DNA of 64,000 nucleotides, from contig DATDWL010000002.1 of the NCBI GenBank assembly GCA_035289645.1, forward strand, positions 759 to 64,758, in the 5' to 3' direction. Below the pieces are notes generated by a model that was not told where the DNA came from, did not search any database, and worked only from the letters and a program-made list of their open reading frames with translations. Positions 60,334 to 64,000 of the stretch are shown here, in pieces. The position numbers and the translations under genes were made by a program. Origin of the DNA: Candidatus Peribacterales bacterium (GTDB lineage: Bacteria; Patescibacteriota; Gracilibacteria; Peribacterales; Peribacteraceae). The first letter of the stretch is position 1. Each line of letters starts with the position of its first letter.

Positions 60334-62154
60334 ATGAAACTACTCCATTTCTACATGCTACGGTCGCTTCGAGTGCGCATTGCAGCAGTGCTTGTGATAG
60401 CGCTGACGATGATCCCATCCGGGGTGTATGCAGCAAGCAGCTGGAGTCCGACGCTTCTTGTGAACACAGAAGCATTTCAGACGATTGATGACGGGGATGG
60501 ATCGAGCAATATCGAACTTAGGTTCGGGGCAACCGCAAATGAGATTCTGCGATGGAATATTTCGAAGAGCGCATTCGTATTTACGGATGATGTGAACGTA
60601 GAGGGAAATCTTACGGCTTCGGGAACGCTTTCTGTAGAAGGCGCATCGTCACTGCAGGGGAATGTGACGGTCACGGGGACGGTGGATACCACTGGCAATA
60701 TCACCTCCGATGCAAACCTCACGATTAACGAAGACAGCGGAGCAGCGGATGCTGTGCTCACCTTTGGATCGGATACGACGAATGAGACACTGACATTCGA
60801 AAACACAAACGATCAATTTGCATTCAGTGACGACGTAGAAGCGCGAGGGAGCTTCTCCGGTGCCACGATCCATGCAGAAGGCTCACTTTCCGCTTCCGGT
60901 ACCGTGTTCCTGCAAGGAACACTCACAGGAGCACTTTCCTTCCATGGTCCGTTTACGTCGGATTGTGATGATGCAACGAACAGTAAATTGCTCTGGGATT
61001 CCTCCACGGGAAAGTTCTCGTGTGGCAGTGATCAAACGGGAGCGAGCAGTCTTACGCAAACTGATGCTGATGCGAGGTACGTAAACCAGAGCGGCGATAC
61101 GATGACGGGAAGTCTTGTGATTGGTAATGCTAAGACGCTTTCTGTTTCTGGCGCTGTTGTGACCGAAGGAAACCTCACCATTAACGAGGATGCCGATAGC
61201 AACAATGCTGTGCTCACGTTTGGATCGGATACGACGAACGAGACAATCACATGGGGCAATACTGGTGATCGCTTCGAGCTAAGCGATGATATTGCGACGA
61301 CTGGTTCCATCAACTCCTCTGGCGCTGTTGTCACCGAGGGGAATATGACGCTCAACGAGGATGCCGATAGCAACAATGCTGTGCTCACCTTTGGATCGGA
61401 TACGACGAACGAGACCATTACATGGGGCAATACCGAAGATCGGTTCCAATTTAGCGATGATGTGAACGTTACCGGCCAATTGAGCGCAAGCGGAGGACTT
61501 TCCATCGAAGGTGCAACATCCATACAGGGTGCTGCTACATTCGGTTCCACTCTATCGCTCGGCGGCATCACATACACATGGCCCAATTCCGCCGCATCCG
61601 CCTCTGGACAGGTTCTCTCTGTAAACCCAACGACAGGGCAGCTCACATGGACAAGCGGTATTGCGAGCAGCGGCTCCATCGTCTCGCTCCATCCGGAGTA
61701 TCCGGGAGCTGTGTACTTCGCGAGCGGATCGACATTCGTCGGCCAGCTCGTCGGCTCCGGAGGTACTGCCTCGCGTGAGAACGTGTACCACTGGTCATCG
61801 ACGAATTCTTCCATTCACGATTATTGGATTTCCACCCGCGTACGTGTTCCGGATAACTTTACATCATGGAATGGCGCATCGCCGATCCAACTCCGCTACA
61901 GGACATCGAATGCGACTGTCGGAACGAACCATGTAAAACTTGTGCTACGCGACACTGCAGATGCACTGGTGACGCTCACAGGTAACCAAGGTCTGGCGAA
62001 TGCCTCGTTTACGACGGCAACGATCACCGGTCCAGAATCTGCTGGTACCTACACGCCCGGCGGATATATCACAATTTATGTAAAACTTGCGTCGCTTGTG
62101 AACGGATGGTCGGAAGCCGGGTTTGTGAACCTGAACTGGGAAACAAAAGATTAA
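60334..62154 (+). CDS. Secreted repeat-bearing surface protein
   Basis: Start set at MKLLHFYMLRSLRVRIAAVLVIALTMIPSGVYA (signal peptide). Internal 57-aa repeats, a CDDATNSKLLWDSSTGKFSCGSDQTG motif, and a C-terminal domain shared with ORF 57001. Confidence 0.7.
   Translation: MKLLHFYMLRSLRVRIAAVLVIALTMIPSGVYAASSWSPTLLVNTEAFQTIDDGDGSSNIELRFGATANEILRWNISKSAFVFTDDVNVEGNLTASGTLSVEGASSLQGNVTVTGTVDTTGNITSDANLTINEDSGAADAVLTFGSDTTNETLTFENTNDQFAFSDDVEARGSFSGATIHAEGSLSASGTVFLQGTLTGALSFHGPFTSDCDDATNSKLLWDSSTGKFSCGSDQTGASSLTQTDADARYVNQSGDTMTGSLVIGNAKTLSVSGAVVTEGNLTINEDADSNNAVLTFGSDTTNETITWGNTGDRFELSDDIATTGSINSSGAVVTEGNMTLNEDADSNNAVLTFGSDTTNETITWGNTEDRFQFSDDVNVTGQLSASGGLSIEGATSIQGAATFGSTLSLGGITYTWPNSAASASGQVLSVNPTTGQLTWTSGIASSGSIVSLHPEYPGAVYFASGSTFVGQLVGSGGTASRENVYHWSSTNSSIHDYWISTRVRVPDNFTSWNGASPIQLRYRTSNATVGTNHVKLVLRDTADALVTLTGNQGLANASFTTATITGPESAGTYTPGGYITIYVKLASLVNGWSEAGFVNLNWETKD
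60855..61041 (+). repeat. Arm 1 of an inverted repeat shared with the partial gene at 63350-64000
   Basis: The core 60961-61041 differs at 3 of 81 nt from the reverse complement of 63791-63871. Flanking sequence is more diverged. Confidence 0.8.
61150..61491 (+). repeat. Two tandem 171-bp coding repeats (a third, diverged copy lies at about 60694-60864)
   Basis: Units start at 61150 and 61321 (ggcgctgttgt...). They encode AVVTEGN.T.NEDADSNNAVLTFGSDTTNETITWGNT.DRF. Confidence 0.85.
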
Positions 62155-62169
62155 AGCAAGCCTGTAAAG

Positions 62170-62203
62170 GACTCTGCTCGTTGTGAGCAGGGTCTTTTTT
62201 TTT
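62170..62203 (+). terminator. Rho-independent terminator
   Basis: gactctgctc-gttgt-gagcagggtc followed by nine T residues. Confidence 0.7.
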
Positions 62204-62332
62204 ATTGCTCCACATGCTATGGAGCAGGCACAAGACACAATTTTACAGAGAGAGTTTTGATGGAGAAATCACTGAGCCATGTTCCTCTCCGCCATGTGGT
62301 AGCTCGGCTGAACGTATCTCAATTTTTACTCA

Positions 62333-63304
62333 TCAATATTTTATATCTACTTCTGCATAAACCATCGAAGAGATTTTCGCAATAAAGCGGGCCATCTGAT
62401 CAAGATCAGTGCCTCGCGTCATGATGCATAACATGTATGCTCTTCGGGGGTGATAAATGATCCCGCAATCATGCAACTGATACAAATCTTTAGTAATGTT
62501 GTTGTCGCGAATACCGAATTTATGTGCGGCTGTAGTTTTTAATGGCAATCCGGCGACGAGCCCCTGCGTGAATGTTGTTCGGGTAAGAAGCTCCAGTGCG
62601 GCATTGGACATCTCGCGATTAAGAAATGTCGCATGGTACAGCATGCGGAAGAATGCTGCGTATGTTTTCACACTGAGAAAGTCATCTTCACGGTAATCCT
62701 CCGTTGCCATTCCTGCATCCTGCAGAGTTTCAAAGAGCGGATCTTCTTGGGAAGTGCGAAGGATGAGGAGCCGTCTCAGGATGTCTTTAGAACGATTGTC
62801 TGAGTTTACGATCATTTTCTCGACCAGTTCAGCAACTGTGTACGTGTGTCCGTCTATCACCGTTTTTTCAGGTTCAATATCCTGACTGGGGTTCAACATA
62901 GCACCTTTAATTTCGATTTCCTGTTCTAGAATTGTCGGTTCACGCTCCGCCTCTCTGAAAACGGCGATCATCACGGGAACCTTTAACAAACTTGACGGTG
63001 AAAATAGAATGTGATCGTTGATGCCGAACGTCGGTCCGTTCTGAAGATCGCGGAAATACACAGCAGATTCTGTCACACCGTACTCTGCGGCATATTCATC
63101 CATCCAACGCTCAAGAGTTTTTTGGAAAACAGTGAACGTCACTGCTTCTCTCGCATCTCGCGCAATGCAGGGGGTCATGGGGTTGATGAGTGGATAATTT
63201 GCATTTGAGCATCTTGCTACAGCGAATACCGCAGTGGTAAGCGCAATTCCTCCCATGAAAGCCATGAGCAGCCAAACCAGACGGCGTTTCTGTGCATCAA
63301 ACAT
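62333..63304 (-). CDS. Membrane-anchored class A beta-lactamase-like serine hydrolase
   Basis: N-terminal TM segment, then SxxK (SSLLK), SDN (NSDNRS) and a KTG-like HKFG motif. Confidence 0.7.
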   Translation of the reverse strand: MFDAQKRRLVWLLMAFMGGIALTTAVFAVARCSNANYPLINPMTPCIARDAREAVTFTVFQKTLERWMDEYAAEYGVTESAVYFRDLQNGPTFGINDHILFSPSSLLKVPVMIAVFREAEREPTILEQEIEIKGAMLNPSQDIEPEKTVIDGHTYTVAELVEKMIVNSDNRSKDILRRLLILRTSQEDPLFETLQDAGMATEDYREDDFLSVKTYAAFFRMLYHATFLNREMSNAALELLTRTTFTQGLVAGLPLKTTAAHKFGIRDNNITKDLYQLHDCGIIYHPRRAYMLCIMTRGTDLDQMARFIAKISSMVYAEVDIKY

Positions 63305-63311
63305 TGTGCCT

Positions 63312-63317
63312 ATGCTA
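63312..63317 (-). promoter_or_regulatory. -10 box TAGCAT, 7 nt upstream of ATG 63304
   Basis: The minus strand reads cggTAGCATaggcacaATG. Confidence 0.45.
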
Positions 63318-63349
63318 CCGCCCCTCTCACACGGAAGAAAGACATGGAA

Positions 63350-64000
63350 TTACCCACCGAGTTCAACGAGTGATACGCGAACGTCCTCGGCCGTATCAGT
63401 TGTCGTACCCACAGACTCCGCACTCGTGCATACGGTGTACTTGATCGTTCCTGCAACCCCGGGATTGTGCAGAAATGTCCCCGAAATCTGCCATGGGTGT
63501 GAGGTGGCTGTGGTGAAACCGCCAATCATCGGTTCCCCCAACTGGGAGCTGCCGCTGCAAGAAGGATCATTGCCGTCTGTTGTATAGACGATGCGTGCGG
63601 CGAGGAAGGCATCGGCTGTTGTATTCGATGCAGTGCCGTGCATGTGCACTGAGACGAGGACGGTGGATGAAGTGGCATCGGTGACAATATTCGGCTTCGT
63701 TGCATCGTCGAAAAGCTCGGTGGTGTTGTCATCAGCGTGTGCCGCGGGAGCGGTATCGACAAAAATTCCCGTGTCCGGCGCGCCTCCGCCTCCCGTTTGA
63801 TCACTTCCACACGAGAACTTTCCCGTGGAGGAATCCCAGAGCAATTTACTATTTGTTGCATCATCACAATCCGCAGAGAAAGGGCCATGGAATGCGAGTG
63901 CTCCTGTGAGTGTTCCTTGCATAAAGAGTGTTCCAGATGCCGAGAGAGTTCCTTCGCTATGGATCGTGGCACCAGAAAAATTGCCGCGCACCTCAAGATC
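63350..64000 (-). CDS. Surface protein paralogue, 3' part (5' end outside window)
   Basis: The frame is open to the window edge (DLEVRGNFSGATIHSEG...). It shares the SGATIH.EG.LSASGT.F.QGTLTGAL.FHGPF..DCDDATNSKLLWDSSTGKFSCGSDQTG block with ORF 60334. Confidence 0.7.
   Translation of the reverse strand, partial: DLEVRGNFSGATIHSEGTLSASGTLFMQGTLTGALAFHGPFSADCDDATNSKLLWDSSTGKFSCGSDQTGGGGAPDTGIFVDTAPAAHADDNTTELFDDATKPNIVTDATSSTVLVSVHMHGTASNTTADAFLAARIVYTTDGNDPSCSGSSQLGEPMIGGFTTATSHPWQISGTFLHNPGVAGTIKYTVCTSAESVGTTTDTAEDVRVSLVELGG
63791..63977 (-). repeat. Arm 2 of the inverted repeat
   Basis: Reverse complement of 60855-61041 (see arm 1). Confidence 0.8.

Noticed and set aside
60961-63871. Diversity-generating retroelement (template/variable repeat pair) as an explanation for the near-identical 81-nt segments.
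   Set aside because: The three differences are G/A, C/T and C/A, not adenine-specific. Both copies are coding, and no reverse transcriptase gene is present in the window.
1-64000. Alternative genetic code (UGA or UAG reassignment), as seen in some candidate phyla.
   Set aside because: All recognised genes are full length under the standard code and end where homologues end. All three stop codons are seen terminating conserved genes (for example TGA for alaS and ychF, TAG for polX, TAA for purC).

Overview
Gene-dense bacterial chromosome segment (about 90% coding, roughly 50% GC by eye). It reads cleanly with the standard genetic code: there are long uninterrupted ORFs such as a 1148-aa NrdJ and no sign of stop-codon recoding. 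I count about 60 protein genes, two tRNAs (Ala-CGC, Leu-CAA) and one tmRNA. There is no rRNA, no CRISPR array, no intact IS element and no prophage.

Content falls into three groups:
- Housekeeping: ftsH 3' end, family-4 UDG, two pseudouridine synthases, trhO, alaS, nrdJ, tsf-rpsB, ychF, obg, polX, prs.
- A scattered purine set: purE, purC, purB and two archaeal-type purP paralogues.
- A large envelope/accessory fraction: three SLH-domain proteins (one fused to a sortase), a second membrane-anchored sortase, a minimal T4SS-like set (VirB4-like, VirD4-like, small pilin), two copies of a small-protein plus HTTM two-gene module, GT-C-like polytopic proteins, Ser-rich lipoproteins, and a family of large repeat-bearing surface proteins.

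The mix of T4SS_pilin-type pilin, DUF5652-like peptide, an AlaRS lacking the C-Ala domain, PurP and many orphans looks like a Candidate Phyla Radiation / Patescibacteria-type genome. That assignment is inference only.

Most notable observations:
1. A GIY-YIG gene bracketed by inverted copies of a structured 65-80 nt repeat, with a third solo copy elsewhere.
2. A recurrent promoter architecture with a -10 box 6-9 nt upstream of the ATG, implying widespread leaderless mRNAs.
3. The T4SS-like cluster interrupted by an SdpAB-like HTTM module that is duplicated 7 kb away.
4. An SLH-tethered sortase.
5. Two PurP paralogues flanking a 513-aa orphan.
6. A 1044-aa ORF joining a transposase-type HTH to a membrane/surface protein.
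7. Surface-protein paralogues whose shared segment forms inverted repeats around a beta-lactamase-like gene.

All functional calls rest on by-eye motif recognition; no searches were run.
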